Shown here: positions 53,730-63,292 of the stretch, in pieces | How positions within the stretch are numbered: the first letter of the stretch is position 1 | How the letters are laid out: every line of letters starts with the position of its first letter | The notes under the pieces: generated by a model | Told to the model about the DNA's origin: nothing | What the model saw: the letters and a program-made list of their open reading frames with translations, nothing else | Database searches by the model: none | Position numbers and translations under genes: made by a program | Assembly (NCBI GenBank): GCA_023247255.1 | Contig: JAHFGV010000002.1 | Location: forward strand, 33,835-97,834 | Length of the DNA stretch: 64,000 bases | Direction: 5' to 3' | Source: Candidatus Omnitrophota bacterium | GTDB lineage: Bacteria > Omnitrophota > Gorgyraeia > Aquiviventales > Aquiviventaceae

Positions 53730-55393
53730 GTTTTTCCCGCCGCTGGATGCGTTGGTTGCCTTGGCTGAGTCTGGCTGCGTTCAGTTCCTTATGGCTTGCC
53801 CACTGGCCGATCTTTCCTCTGGTGTTGGATCCCTACTACCACCTGCTCATCGCCCGGCAAGTGGCTGAGGCAGGCGGTCCCATCGTTTATGAATGGTGGC
53901 AATATGCCCCCATCGGGAGATTTCACCTCTATCCACCCTTTCTTCATCTTCTCCTTGCAGGATTTTTGAAGTTGGGAATTCCAGCGATTACGACGATCCG
54001 CATTGCCAGTGTTGTTTTGTTACCGGCGCTTTTGTTGAGCCTTTGGCTTGTCATGCGACGGCTGCTCGGCCCTTCCATCGCGCTGGCCAGTCTGTGGGTA
54101 GGCATGGTGCCGTTTTCCTTTCATCTTCACAGCGTCATTACGATGGCGGCGACATTATCCCTGATCGAGTGGTTATGGTTGATGGATGCGTTGGAGCACG
54201 GTCGCATTCTGGCGGCTGGCTTATTGTTGGCCTTGTTGTGTTATACGCACTTAGGGCTTCCTTGGATAGTTCTGGTGACGATTGGGATTTGTGGATGTCT
54301 GCGGCCCGATTGTTGGAAACGATGGCTGAGGGCATCTTGGGGGCTTCTGCTGGTTGTTCCCTGGTGGTGGCATTTATGGAGTCATCGGATGAGTTTGGTG
54401 CCTTTTCCTCGGGACGAGAATAGAATGGTAGAATTGATGCCTTTGGTTTATCTTGCGGCTGCCGTTGGCGTCTGGCGGTGTTGGGTCGGCAAGGGAGCTT
54501 TTAGGTGGCTGCCTGCCTGTTGGCTCGGATTTTCGTTGTTGGCTTTTGAGTACCGGTATCGTTGGCTCAGCGGCGAGGGGTTGTTTGCGGTTATTCTCCT
54601 TGCAGGAGTCGGGGTCGATTGGCTTGCGGGATGTCTGGCTGCTTGCGGACAACGTCTCAGGATCGCGCCCTCTCAAAGATCAGGCCGGGATGATCGATTG
54701 ACGAGTCGCGAGACAGGAAATGGAGGACAGAATTCAGGGAAGCAACTGCTCTGGGCGGGTGCGATCGTGGGACTGCTGTTATGTTCTGGCACCTTGGCTT
54801 TCGAGGAAGACCATCTGAGGTGGCGATGGCCGGATAGTGGGCTGGCGCATCTGGCAGGCATTCGCGGCGTTCAGGAAAAGGATTTGGACCAGGGTCTCTA
54901 CACGCCTGTGATGGAGCGATTGATCCGGGTGGTTTCTGAACAGACCCAACCGCTTGAGATCCTCTGGTCGAACGCCCCTTACGTGCTCGGTCTCATTGCC
55001 GCTGTTGTCGGACGTCCGATGTCTTCAGCGATGCTTAATGAGGTTAGGCCAGAGAGGGCTTTCGATTCGGTAGCGGCCGCCCATTGGATCGTTTGGTTTA
55101 AATTCGATCAGCCTCCTGAGTTGAGTCTTCTTAAGCAGATCCAGCGATACCCTTTGCGTCGGGTATACGAAGAAGATCTAGCCATCGTTTTCCGACAGGA
55201 ATCCCCCATCCAACCGGCTCACCCGCCACAAGCTATCCTTCCCGTCGGAATGGCGTTTGGGATTCTTGGCGTCGTCTTGGGACTGGTTGTTTGGGATCTG
55301 CGAATGGGCGCTCCACAGCGCTACACCCAGGGAGCGTCCATGACCGATATTTCGCTTTGTCGTAAAAATGTCGGATATGAAGGAATCCCTTAA
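53726..55393 (+). CDS. polytopic integral membrane protein, function unknown (possibly glycosyltransferase-like)
   Basis: More than 10 predicted TM helices; 555 aa; no confident family assignment. Confidence 0.55.
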   Translation: MSFSRRWMRWLPWLSLAAFSSLWLAHWPIFPLVLDPYYHLLIARQVAEAGGPIVYEWWQYAPIGRFHLYPPFLHLLLAGFLKLGIPAITTIRIASVVLLPALLLSLWLVMRRLLGPSIALASLWVGMVPFSFHLHSVITMAATLSLIEWLWLMDALEHGRILAAGLLLALLCYTHLGLPWIVLVTIGICGCLRPDCWKRWLRASWGLLLVVPWWWHLWSHRMSLVPFPRDENRMVELMPLVYLAAAVGVWRCWVGKGAFRWLPACWLGFSLLAFEYRYRWLSGEGLFAVILLAGVGVDWLAGCLAACGQRLRIAPSQRSGRDDRLTSRETGNGGQNSGKQLLWAGAIVGLLLCSGTLAFEEDHLRWRWPDSGLAHLAGIRGVQEKDLDQGLYTPVMERLIRVVSEQTQPLEILWSNAPYVLGLIAAVVGRPMSSAMLNEVRPERAFDSVAAAHWIVWFKFDQPPELSLLKQIQRYPLRRVYEEDLAIVFRQESPIQPAHPPQAILPVGMAFGILGVVLGLVVWDLRMGAPQRYTQGASMTDISLCRKNVGYEGIP

Positions 55394-55491
55394 TACAAAA
55401 GTGTCAAGGGGGCATCCATCCCTATGAAGACAACAGTGGCCAACGCAAGTATAATACGATACCGTGTTTTTCATCGCATGCGAGTGATTCC

Positions 55492-55804
55492 TTAGAGCAC
55501 CTAACATAATGAAAACGTGACTGCGCTGGGATTAGATGCAAGCTGCGCAAGGCGCTCGCCCTTGACAAGCTTGTCAAGGGCGAGGAGGAAGGCATATCAT
55601 GCGGCAAGCGATATGGCGACGACGAGCAACGCAGCGAAGCGAAGCAGATAAGCCCAGCCCTTCGGGTTGCGGCAAAAACTGCCCATCTGCTGCGTCACTT
55701 CTTCTCTGCGTATCGCTAGCTTTACGCCATCGTCGTCGTTCCTTGCATCTGGGCAGTTTTCGCCGCAACGCAGCCATGTTTTCATTATGTTAGGTGCTCT
55801 TAGA
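55492..55804. repeat. structured ~310-bp element B with 25-bp terminal inverted repeats; homolog of element A
   Basis: Terminal inverted repeat cttagagcacctaacataatgaaaac / gttttcattatgttaggtgctcttag. Internal stem gttgcggcaaaaactgccc...gggcagttttcgccgcaac. The shared core gcgacgagcaacgc...cccagcc...atctgcggcgtc...tcgtcgtcg.tccttgcatctg...gccgcaacgcag matches element A. Confidence 0.65.
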
Positions 55805-55812
55805 AAGGACGT

Positions 55813-57369
55813 ATGGAGAAGATGGCAAAGGTAAGAGAAATCTTGATCAGCGCAGATGCGCAAGAGACGCGCGTTGCGGTCACCGAGGACAAGCGCCTTG
55901 AGGAATATTACGTGGAGCGCCCATCGGATAGTCGGATGGTGGGCAGCGTCTATAAAGGACACGTAAGTTCTGTGGTGCCTGGAATCAACGCGGCGTTTGT
56001 GGATATCGGGTTGGGGAAAAACGGTTTTCTCTATGTGTCCGATATCGTAGAGCCCAAGCCCGATGAAGAGGTAATCTTGGAAGGGGAAGTGTCTCCAGGG
56101 GTGTCACAGGCTGCAGGGGTGCATCGCGAGCGGCAACGTTCTGGAGCTCGCCATCAGAGGCACTCACGGATCGAGGACGTGGTTAAAAGCAATCAAGAGA
56201 TTCTGGTGCAGGTGGTTAAAGAGCCCTTCGGAACCAAAGGCGCTCGGCTGACGACCCATTTAAGCCTTCCCGGCCGCTACATGGTTTTGATGTGCAATGA
56301 CGCGCGGCTGGGAATTTCAAAACGGATTGAAGATCCGCAAGAGCGCAGCCGTTTGCGTGAAATACTTCCAAAACTGCGATTCTCGGAAGAAGCGGGACTC
56401 ATCATCCGGACCGCGGGGGTGGGCAAAACGGAGAAAGATTTTATCAGGGATGTCCGGTATCTATCCGGGATTTATCAGCGTCTCAAGCGACTCGGTGCCC
56501 GATCCAAAGCGCCGGCTTGTCTGTATCAAGAGTACGAATTACCCCAACGGGTCATCCGAGACAGCTTTACAGAGGATGTTCAACGCATCGTGGTGGATTC
56601 CAAAGGGGTGTTCCATCGGCTGCGACGATTTCTCAATGTGCTGATTCCCCGCGTCAGGGTTCGCATGGAATTGTACCGAGGAGAGGAACCTTTGTTTGAG
56701 GCGGTTGGGTTGGATGAACAGATCGCTGCTCTGTTTGATAAGCGGGTACAACTGCCCTCCGGAGGATCGATTATTGTGGAACCTACCGAGGGAATGGTTG
56801 CGGTTGACGTCAACACCTCTAAGTTTACTGGGCGCCGTAATCTTGAAGAAACGGCGTTTCAGGTTGATAAAGAGGCGGCCATTGAAGTGGCCCGCCAACT
56901 GCGCTTGCGTGATATCGGCGGCATCGTTGTGATCGACTTTATCGATCTGGATGTTGCCGCACACCGTCGAGAGCTGGTGAAAACGTTGGAACAAGCCTTG
57001 GTGCGTGATCGTGCCAAGACCAATCTCGTTTCTTTTTCTGAGATCTGCGTTGCAGAACTGACACGCCAGCGCATGCGGCGTTCCGTTGAGACCGTAAGCT
57101 ATCAAAGCTGCCCCTATTGTAACGGGCGGGGAACAGTCAAGTCCGTTCAGACAATGGCCATCGAAGCCATCCGTCAGGCCAAGCGCGCCCTTAAGAATAT
57201 CCAGCATAAGACCCTGGAATTGCTGGTGCATCCTCAGGTGGCCGTCCGGCTGCTTCAAGAGGACCGACCCAGCTTGACTACGTTGGAGAATCAGAGTCAT
57301 TCTAAAATCCTTGTGCTGTCCGATCCCAGCTTGCACGTCGAGCAGATCAAAGTCCAGGTATCGGGCTAG
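55813..57369 (+). CDS. rng: ribonuclease G (RNase E/G family catalytic domain)
   Basis: S1 domain, DNase-I-like region, and GGIVVIDFIDL Mg-binding motif. At 518 aa it is RNase G sized. Confidence 0.85.
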   Translation: MEKMAKVREILISADAQETRVAVTEDKRLEEYYVERPSDSRMVGSVYKGHVSSVVPGINAAFVDIGLGKNGFLYVSDIVEPKPDEEVILEGEVSPGVSQAAGVHRERQRSGARHQRHSRIEDVVKSNQEILVQVVKEPFGTKGARLTTHLSLPGRYMVLMCNDARLGISKRIEDPQERSRLREILPKLRFSEEAGLIIRTAGVGKTEKDFIRDVRYLSGIYQRLKRLGARSKAPACLYQEYELPQRVIRDSFTEDVQRIVVDSKGVFHRLRRFLNVLIPRVRVRMELYRGEEPLFEAVGLDEQIAALFDKRVQLPSGGSIIVEPTEGMVAVDVNTSKFTGRRNLEETAFQVDKEAAIEVARQLRLRDIGGIVVIDFIDLDVAAHRRELVKTLEQALVRDRAKTNLVSFSEICVAELTRQRMRRSVETVSYQSCPYCNGRGTVKSVQTMAIEAIRQAKRALKNIQHKTLELLVHPQVAVRLLQEDRPSLTTLENQSHSKILVLSDPSLHVEQIKVQVSG

Positions 57370-57541
57370 TGCTCCGTCTACATCGAACGGATGGATAGTC
57401 CGCTGCAATTCATCGCCTACTTTATTGATGCTCGCGCAATTGTATGACAGGCTTCACCGTCGATAAATACTGTCATACTGATTTGCGAGACTCAATAGTA
57501 TCGGCAACCCGTCATTTCAATCTGGCTGGAGATCTGCTGGA
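57370..57541. repeat. second copy of the 30322-30410 repeat, with ~70-bp internal insertion
   Basis: gtgctccgtctacatcgaacggatggatagtccgctgcaattcatcgcctac ... agtatcggcaacccgtcatttcaatctggctggag. Confidence 0.55.
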
Positions 57542-57894
57542 GTGTGGGACCGCTCGTGGCAACAGTGCTGTCCTGATGGGACCAGCGCTTAAACAAATGG
57601 GTGATCGCCGTCGGCTCTGGGTTTTGATATGAGAGCGTCAAGACCTGTTTGGATTGCCTCTATGATTGGGTCAGTCCGGGATGAGTGATTCAGATCGATG
57701 ATTACGGCCATTGGCAGAGGGCTCGGAAAGCGGTGGATGACTTTCTTAAGCAGCGTTCAATGACTATCCCACTGCGCTGGCTTGATTATACTGGACGACA
57801 ATGGGGCAAATCTTGAAAAACCCTTGACCGGACACGAGGATTCAGCCAAAATAGAGCCTACTTTTTGACGCCATATAGATGAGGGAATAGGCTC

Positions 57895-58227
57895 ATGTAC
57901 GCTATTGTTGAAGTGGGAGGAAGACAGTGGAAGGTAGAATCAGGAACACATTTGGATATCAATCGTGTTTCCTTTGAGGTGGGGGCAAGACACACCCTGG
58001 AGCATGTGTTGTTCGCACGGCAAGAGGAACAGGTGCATATTGGACATCCTTACGTGCCCAATGCTCAGGTTGTTTGTGAAGTACTTGAGCATCGGCTGGG
58101 TCCTAAGGTCGTTTCCTATCACTACCGGCGACGAGAGAACTGGCGCAAGACCGTGGGACATCGTCAACCATTGACCCGGTTGGTCGTGAAAGAGATTAAA
58201 ATCGGTTCAATGGCTCCTCGGCAGTAG
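57895..58227 (+). CDS. rplU: 50S ribosomal protein L21
   Basis: MYAIVEVGGRQWKV is a canonical L21 N-terminus. Confidence 0.9.
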   Translation: MYAIVEVGGRQWKVESGTHLDINRVSFEVGARHTLEHVLFARQEEQVHIGHPYVPNAQVVCEVLEHRLGPKVVSYHYRRRENWRKTVGHRQPLTRLVVKEIKIGSMAPRQ

Positions 58228-58265
58228 GCAGTAAGCAGCAATAGTAAACAGTAACAGGTGAAACG

Positions 58266-58511
58266 ATGGCGCATAAAGCAGGTGCTGGGTCGACAAAGAA
58301 TGGACGTGATAGCTGTGGAAAACGGCTGGGTGTGAAGTGCTACGCAGGACAGAAGGTTTCAGCAGGATCAATCCTCGTGCGGCAACGGGGAACACCGTTT
58401 AAACCAGGATGGTTCGTCGGAACTGGAAGCGATTGGACCCTCTATGCCGAGATTGATGGAATTGTCCGCTTTCCAAAACCTCGCGTGGTCAGTGTGGAGC
58501 CCCAGGGGTAG
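58266..58511 (+). CDS. rpmA: 50S ribosomal protein L27
   Basis: [16 protein letters not shown] is a canonical L27 N-terminus. Confidence 0.9.
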   Translation: MAHKAGAGSTKNGRDSCGKRLGVKCYAGQKVSAGSILVRQRGTPFKPGWFVGTGSDWTLYAEIDGIVRFPKPRVVSVEPQG

Positions 58512-58516
58512 AGCCC

Positions 58517-58646
58517 GTGGCACTAGTAACTTCTCCCTTGCCAAGGCATCATGAAACTACCTTTGAATTTCCGATTTTCGATTTTGGATTGTCGATTGAA
58601 AGACCTCTGTTTAATCGAAAATCGACAATCGTCAATCGACAATTCC
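58517..58646. repeat. composite repeat (duplicate of 51617-51746)
   Basis: gtggcactagtaacttctcccttgccaaggcatcatgaaactacc plus a palindromic TCGATTG-family element. Confidence 0.65.
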
Positions 58647-58713
58647 TTGAGCCCTCTTGTAGTGAAGGCCGTGGCGCAATGGTGGGGTTGAGCCAGCCCC
58701 TACCAGTGGCTAA

Positions 58714-58875
58714 GGGTTCGTTAAGAAATAACTGCATCCATTTGACCAGGGGCTTTTGACCCATGGCTGCCTTGCTCATCGTTTACATCCTCATCAAGGA
58801 TGGAAGCGTATCCATTCGATACTGAAAGCTCAGTAGGCCCAGCGCAGGGCACGGGAGATTCTGGAACGCACTCTT
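58714..58875. repeat. left half of the 22118-type MITE followed by a 45-bp motif identical to the element-A terminus
   Basis: ggctaagggttcgttaagaaataactgcatccatttgaccaggggcttttgac...; then gcccagcgcagggcacgggagattctggaacgcactcttag, the reverse complement of 6797-6841. Confidence 0.55.
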
Positions 58876-58904
58876 AGCCACTGGGTCACGTGACCACTCT
58901 TTTG

Positions 58905-59894
58905 ATGTGGTTTGTCGACCAGGCCCAGATTACTGTGAAAGCTGGCGATGGCGGACGGGGATGTTCCGCTCTTGCCCAGCCCCCTTATACGCGTTATCCC
59001 TTTCCTGACGGCGGCGACGGGGGTGATGGTGGAGACGTCACCCTACTTACCGACCCCAACCTTGCAACCCTTCTGGATTTCCATTTTCGCCACGAATTTG
59101 CCGCCCAGCGAGGGACCCATGGCGGCAGCAATCGAAAAACCGGAAAGCGCGGGCAGGACTGTTTGATTCGCTTGCCAGTGGGCACGGTCATTCGTGATGC
59201 AGAGAAGGGGAACATTCTCCAGGACATGAGCCGGCCTGCAGAAAAGGTACTGATTGCCAAAGGTGGGCGGGGAGGATTGGGGAACGCCACGGCTAAAGAA
59301 GCCACAGACGGGCGAAGGGGACAAATCCGCCAGTTGATTTTAGAACTGAAACTGATTGCGGATGTGGGGATTGTGGGTTTTCCCAACGCCGGCAAGTCTT
59401 CACTGCTGTGCCGGATTTCAACGGCTCGACCCGCCATTGGGGCCTATCCGTTTACGACCCGTTTTCCGGTCTTGGGCGTTGTTCGGATGGATGCGGAGCG
59501 TTCCTTTGTGGTCTGTGACATCCCTGGGTTGATCGAAGGGGCTCATCAGGGTCGTGGGTTGGGGATTGAATTTCTGCGGCATATCGAGCGGACGCGCCTT
59601 TTGATCCATCTTGTGGATATGGCCGCAGTGGATCAACGAGATCCGGTGGATGCCTATGCGCATATCAACCAAGAACTGATCGCTTATGGGCAGGGGGTGG
59701 CGTCGAAACCTCAGGTAGTGGTGGCGAATAAAATAGATCTGCCAGAGGCTCAGGCGAATCTCGGACGATTTTCCCAAGCGTACGGTCATCTGAAAGTTTG
59801 GCCGATTTCCTGCGTAACCGCTCAGGGTATTGCTGAGATGCTCCAGGGGCTATGGCAGGCTCTGAGTATGACGAAACCTTCCGCGAATGTCTGA
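58905..59894 (+). CDS. obg: GTPase Obg
   Basis: MWFVDQAQITVKAGDGGRG Obg fold N-terminus and G1 motif GFPNAGKSS. GTG 58890 is an alternative start. Confidence 0.9.
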   Translation: MWFVDQAQITVKAGDGGRGCSALAQPPYTRYPFPDGGDGGDGGDVTLLTDPNLATLLDFHFRHEFAAQRGTHGGSNRKTGKRGQDCLIRLPVGTVIRDAEKGNILQDMSRPAEKVLIAKGGRGGLGNATAKEATDGRRGQIRQLILELKLIADVGIVGFPNAGKSSLLCRISTARPAIGAYPFTTRFPVLGVVRMDAERSFVVCDIPGLIEGAHQGRGLGIEFLRHIERTRLLIHLVDMAAVDQRDPVDAYAHINQELIAYGQGVASKPQVVVANKIDLPEAQANLGRFSQAYGHLKVWPISCVTAQGIAEMLQGLWQALSMTKPSANV

Positions 59895-61002
59895 GCCGAA
59901 ATTCCATCTCTCACGTGTGGTAGTCAAAATTGGCTCCAGCGTCTTGACGGATGCCGCCGGACGATTGTTGCTCGAGCGTTTCAAATCGATTGTCAAGCAG
60001 GTAGCCGCTTGTGTTCCGGATGCTCCTCAAACCATCCTGGTTTCATCAGGGGCCATTGCCTGCGGCATGGCGATTCTGGGCCTTTCCAGCCGTCCGAAAG
60101 CGCTCGCCCAGCTTCAGGCCTGCGCGGCGGTTGGCCAAGGCCATTTGATGCAGTGCTATACAAAAGCGTTTGGGCAATACGGTATGACCCCCGCCCAGGT
60201 TTTGCTGACGCAGGAGGATTTGGCCGATCGGGGACGATTCCGGAACGCTAAACAAACGCTCCTGACCTTGTTGCACCATCGGGTGGTTCCGATTGTCAAT
60301 GAAAACGACACCGTGTCCGTTGAGGAGATTACCTTTGGCGATAACGATCGGCTCGCGGCACTGTTGAGCGTAGCCGTCGATGCCCAGTTGTTAATCATCT
60401 TATCGGATGTGGATGGGTTTCTGGAAGACGGCCGTCTCATTGAGCGGATCGACACCCTTAATGAGCGTCATCATGCGGCGATTCACGGCAGAGCCAGGGC
60501 TACGACCCGAGGAGGGATGTTTTCGAAGCTGGAGGCCTCGCGCATCGCTGGGCATCATGGCATTCCCGTGGTCATCGCCAACGGCACCAAGCCCTCGGTG
60601 TTGCAGGATCTTTTGGCCGGCCGTCCCGTAGGCACTTTGCTCGTGCCTCCTCGCGAACGTCTGAGTCCTCGAAAATGGTGGATTGCGTTTTCGTTGCGTC
60701 AGCCAAAAGGGCAGTTAGTCATCGATGCTGGCGCTTCCCAAGCCTTGCTTGAGCGTGGCAAAAGCCTGCTCGCCTCCGGTATCTTGGAGGTCAAAGGGCA
60801 TTTTCAAAAAGGTTGCTGTGTCGCCATCACCGATGGCCAACACAGGCAGCTCGCGCGAGGCATCGTCAATTTTTCATCGGCGGAGCTTTTGCGGATTCGA
60901 GGATTGCGCAGTATGGACATCGCTCGGACCTTGGGGGATGCAAGCGTCAGGGAAGTCGTTCATCGCGACCAGTTGGTATTTGCTCGGGATATGCACTCAT
61001 GA
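59887..61002 (+). CDS. proB: glutamate 5-kinase
   Basis: VVKIGSSVLTD amino-acid kinase N-terminus and C-terminal PUA domain. Confidence 0.9.
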   Translation: MSEPKFHLSRVVVKIGSSVLTDAAGRLLLERFKSIVKQVAACVPDAPQTILVSSGAIACGMAILGLSSRPKALAQLQACAAVGQGHLMQCYTKAFGQYGMTPAQVLLTQEDLADRGRFRNAKQTLLTLLHHRVVPIVNENDTVSVEEITFGDNDRLAALLSVAVDAQLLIILSDVDGFLEDGRLIERIDTLNERHHAAIHGRARATTRGGMFSKLEASRIAGHHGIPVVIANGTKPSVLQDLLAGRPVGTLLVPPRERLSPRKWWIAFSLRQPKGQLVIDAGASQALLERGKSLLASGILEVKGHFQKGCCVAITDGQHRQLARGIVNFSSAELLRIRGLRSMDIARTLGDASVREVVHRDQLVFARDMHS

Positions 61003-62285
61003 ACGCCACAGATGTATCCTCAGCGAATGCAGGGATTGAAGAGACAATCGTTGAGGTGGTGAAGAAATCCCGTGAGGCTTCGCGAGCGATTGCCTGTGCG
61101 CCGACGTCGCAGAAGAATCAGGCTTTGTCCCTGATGGCCCAGATGTTGCGCAGCCAAAATCAGCAGATCCTAAAGGCCAACGCCGAGGACGTGGCAGCGG
61201 CAAAAGCGTCCGGGCTTTCCAAAGCCTTGGTGGATCGCCTGAGTTTGACACCGCAGCGTCTGGAGGAGATGGTTCGATCCATAGAGGCGGTCATAGAGCT
61301 TTCCGATCCGGTCGGAGAATTAATCCGCAGTTGGCGGCGTCCGAATGGCCTGGAGATTCGAAAACTTCGGGTTCCATTGGGAGTGGTCGCTATCATCTAT
61401 GAATCTCGGCCCAACGTCACCAGTGACTGCGCCTCGTTATGTCTTAAAAGTGGAAATGCCGTGGTTCTACGCGGGGGCTCCGAGTCGTTTCGATCCAATC
61501 AGGCTATCGGCAGCGTCCTGAAAGAGGCCCTACGTGCGGCGAAACTTCCGGAAGCCACAGTGAGTCTGATCCCGACCGCAGATCGAAGGGGTGTGGACAT
61601 CATGCTGCAACTGGATGCATACATCGATGTCGTGATCCCTCGGGCAGGGGAGGATCTGATTCGCAAAATCACGAGCTCCTCCCGGATTCCTGTCATCAAA
61701 CACGCCAAGGGGATCTGTCATGTCTACGTGGATGCGGACGCGGATTTAGAAATGGCCAAGCGGATCGTGCATAATGCCAAGTGTCAACGGCCCGCTACCT
61801 GCAATGCGATGGAGACCCTTTTAGTGCACAAGAAAATCGCCCAACGTTTCCTGCCGGAGATGATTCGTCAACTGCGAGATTCAGGGGTTGAAATCCGTGG
61901 CTGTCCCCAGACTCAGGCAATGGCTGGCGGGATTATCGAGGCTACCGAACAGGATTGGCAGACCGAGTATCTCGATTTGATTGTGTCGGTAAAAATCGTC
62001 GAATCCCTACAGGAGGCGATTGCGCATATCGGACGATACGGATCGGCACATTCCGATGCCATCGTCACTCAAAATGAACAAACGGCGAACCGTTTCCTCA
62101 AAGAAGTAGACTCGGCGGCTGTTTACGTCAATGCCTCGACACGATTCACCGATGGATTTCAGTTCGGCCTTGGGGCGGAAATCGGCATCAGTACCGACCG
62201 GCTGCACGCCCGTGGGCCGATGGGGCTTGAGGAGCTCACTACCTACAAATACGTTGTGATTGGAAGCGGCCAGTTGAGGGAATGA
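60999..62285 (+). CDS. proA: gamma-glutamyl phosphate reductase
   Basis: ATG at 60999 overlaps the proB stop (ATGA). Aldehyde dehydrogenase family with catalytic Cys region. The ORF-track start 60813 is an unsupported 5' extension. Confidence 0.9.
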   Translation: MNATDVSSANAGIEETIVEVVKKSREASRAIACAPTSQKNQALSLMAQMLRSQNQQILKANAEDVAAAKASGLSKALVDRLSLTPQRLEEMVRSIEAVIELSDPVGELIRSWRRPNGLEIRKLRVPLGVVAIIYESRPNVTSDCASLCLKSGNAVVLRGGSESFRSNQAIGSVLKEALRAAKLPEATVSLIPTADRRGVDIMLQLDAYIDVVIPRAGEDLIRKITSSSRIPVIKHAKGICHVYVDADADLEMAKRIVHNAKCQRPATCNAMETLLVHKKIAQRFLPEMIRQLRDSGVEIRGCPQTQAMAGGIIEATEQDWQTEYLDLIVSVKIVESLQEAIAHIGRYGSAHSDAIVTQNEQTANRFLKEVDSAAVYVNASTRFTDGFQFGLGAEIGISTDRLHARGPMGLEELTTYKYVVIGSGQLRE

Positions 62286-62442
62286 GTACTCCTGTGTCAA
62301 GACCCACTTGCATTGATGCTGGAAGCTGAGCATGTGAGTGAAGGTATGCGTCGAGCAATACCCTCAAGATTCTGGAATAATTTCTAGAGCTTGGTGATGA
62401 CTGAGGTTTTGCAAAATGCATCGAGATTAGTGGCAGCGCTCA

Positions 62443-62625
62443 CGTCTGTGTCATGAGTCATGGAAAGCAAAAGGCGTACTTTGGCCGTGCTTGAGATGCC
62501 TGTTTATTTTCTGCTTTTTCATGACAGATGACTCATGAAACATGACACAATCCTCATTACTTCTCTTGGAATAGGACACAACACTCGGTCAACGCGTTGG
62601 CTATTTTTGCAAGAGCCCAGTGATG
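62443..62625. repeat. 'catgacac' element copy, inverted relative to 864-1010
   Basis: gtgtcatgagtcatggaaagcaaaagg...ctgctttttcatgaca...catgaaacatgacaca, followed by tgttggctatttttgcaagagcccag, the reverse complement of 865-890. Confidence 0.6.
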
Positions 62626-63213
62626 AGTATTAAGGTGATAATTCGGCTCGGTATCTTTGGGGGAACGTTCAATCCCATTCACTGGGGCCATCTGCTGTTG
62701 GCGGAGACGGCGCGTGAAGCCTACACTCTGGACCGGGTCCTGTTTGTTCCCACGTGGCAACCCCCACACAAAACCTCACGAGGACTCTTGCCAGGGTCGG
62801 TTCGATTTAAGCTGGTGGAGTTGGCGATCCACGATCATCCGAGTTTTGTGGCTTCAGACATTGAGCTGAAACGAGGAGGAACTTCCTATACCATTGATAC
62901 GGTCAAGACACTCAAGAAACAATTGCCGAATGCTCAGTTGTTCCTATTAGTGGGGCAAGACCTGTTGGGGGTTCGGTGGTTGGCGTGGGAAGAGATCAAG
63001 CGTTTGTGCACGGTGGTGGTCGCTCATCGGCCAGGATTTCAAAATCCCAAACGCCCCTCCAAGGTTAAATGGCTCCAGATGCCTCCGGTTGCCATTACCT
63101 CTTCCGAGATTCGCAAGCGGGTCCAAGCCGGACGTTCGATTCGTTACCTTGTGCCAACGACCGTAGAGCGTTATATCCAGCAGCATCAGCTCTACCAACA
63201 GGGCAGGGGATGA
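62620..63213 (+). CDS. nadD: nicotinate-nucleotide adenylyltransferase
   Basis: GIFGGTFNPIHWGHL (T/H)xGH nucleotidyltransferase motif. Confidence 0.85.
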   Translation: MMSIKVIIRLGIFGGTFNPIHWGHLLLAETAREAYTLDRVLFVPTWQPPHKTSRGLLPGSVRFKLVELAIHDHPSFVASDIELKRGGTSYTIDTVKTLKKQLPNAQLFLLVGQDLLGVRWLAWEEIKRLCTVVVAHRPGFQNPKRPSKVKWLQMPPVAITSSEIRKRVQAGRSIRYLVPTTVERYIQQHQLYQQGRG

Positions 63214-63221
63214 TCCCACCT

Positions 63222-63280
63222 TTCGAATTTTCGATTGTGGATTGTCGATTGTGGATTGTCCGTTCGATCAATCCGCATTC
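63222..63280. repeat. palindromic TCGATTG-family element (TGGATTG variant)
   Basis: ttcgaattttcgattgtggattgtcgattgtggattgtccgttcgatcaatccgcattcc. Confidence 0.6.
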
Positions 63281-63292
63281 CACGGTGGTGGG

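Noticed and set aside
56539-57408. 289-aa minus-strand ORF.
   Set aside because: It is antisense to rng.
4675-63285. Considered whether the dispersed TCGATTGTCGATT repeats form a CRISPR array.
   Set aside because: Copies are palindromic rather than direct, irregularly spaced (hundreds to thousands of bp) and have no uniform spacers or nearby cas genes.
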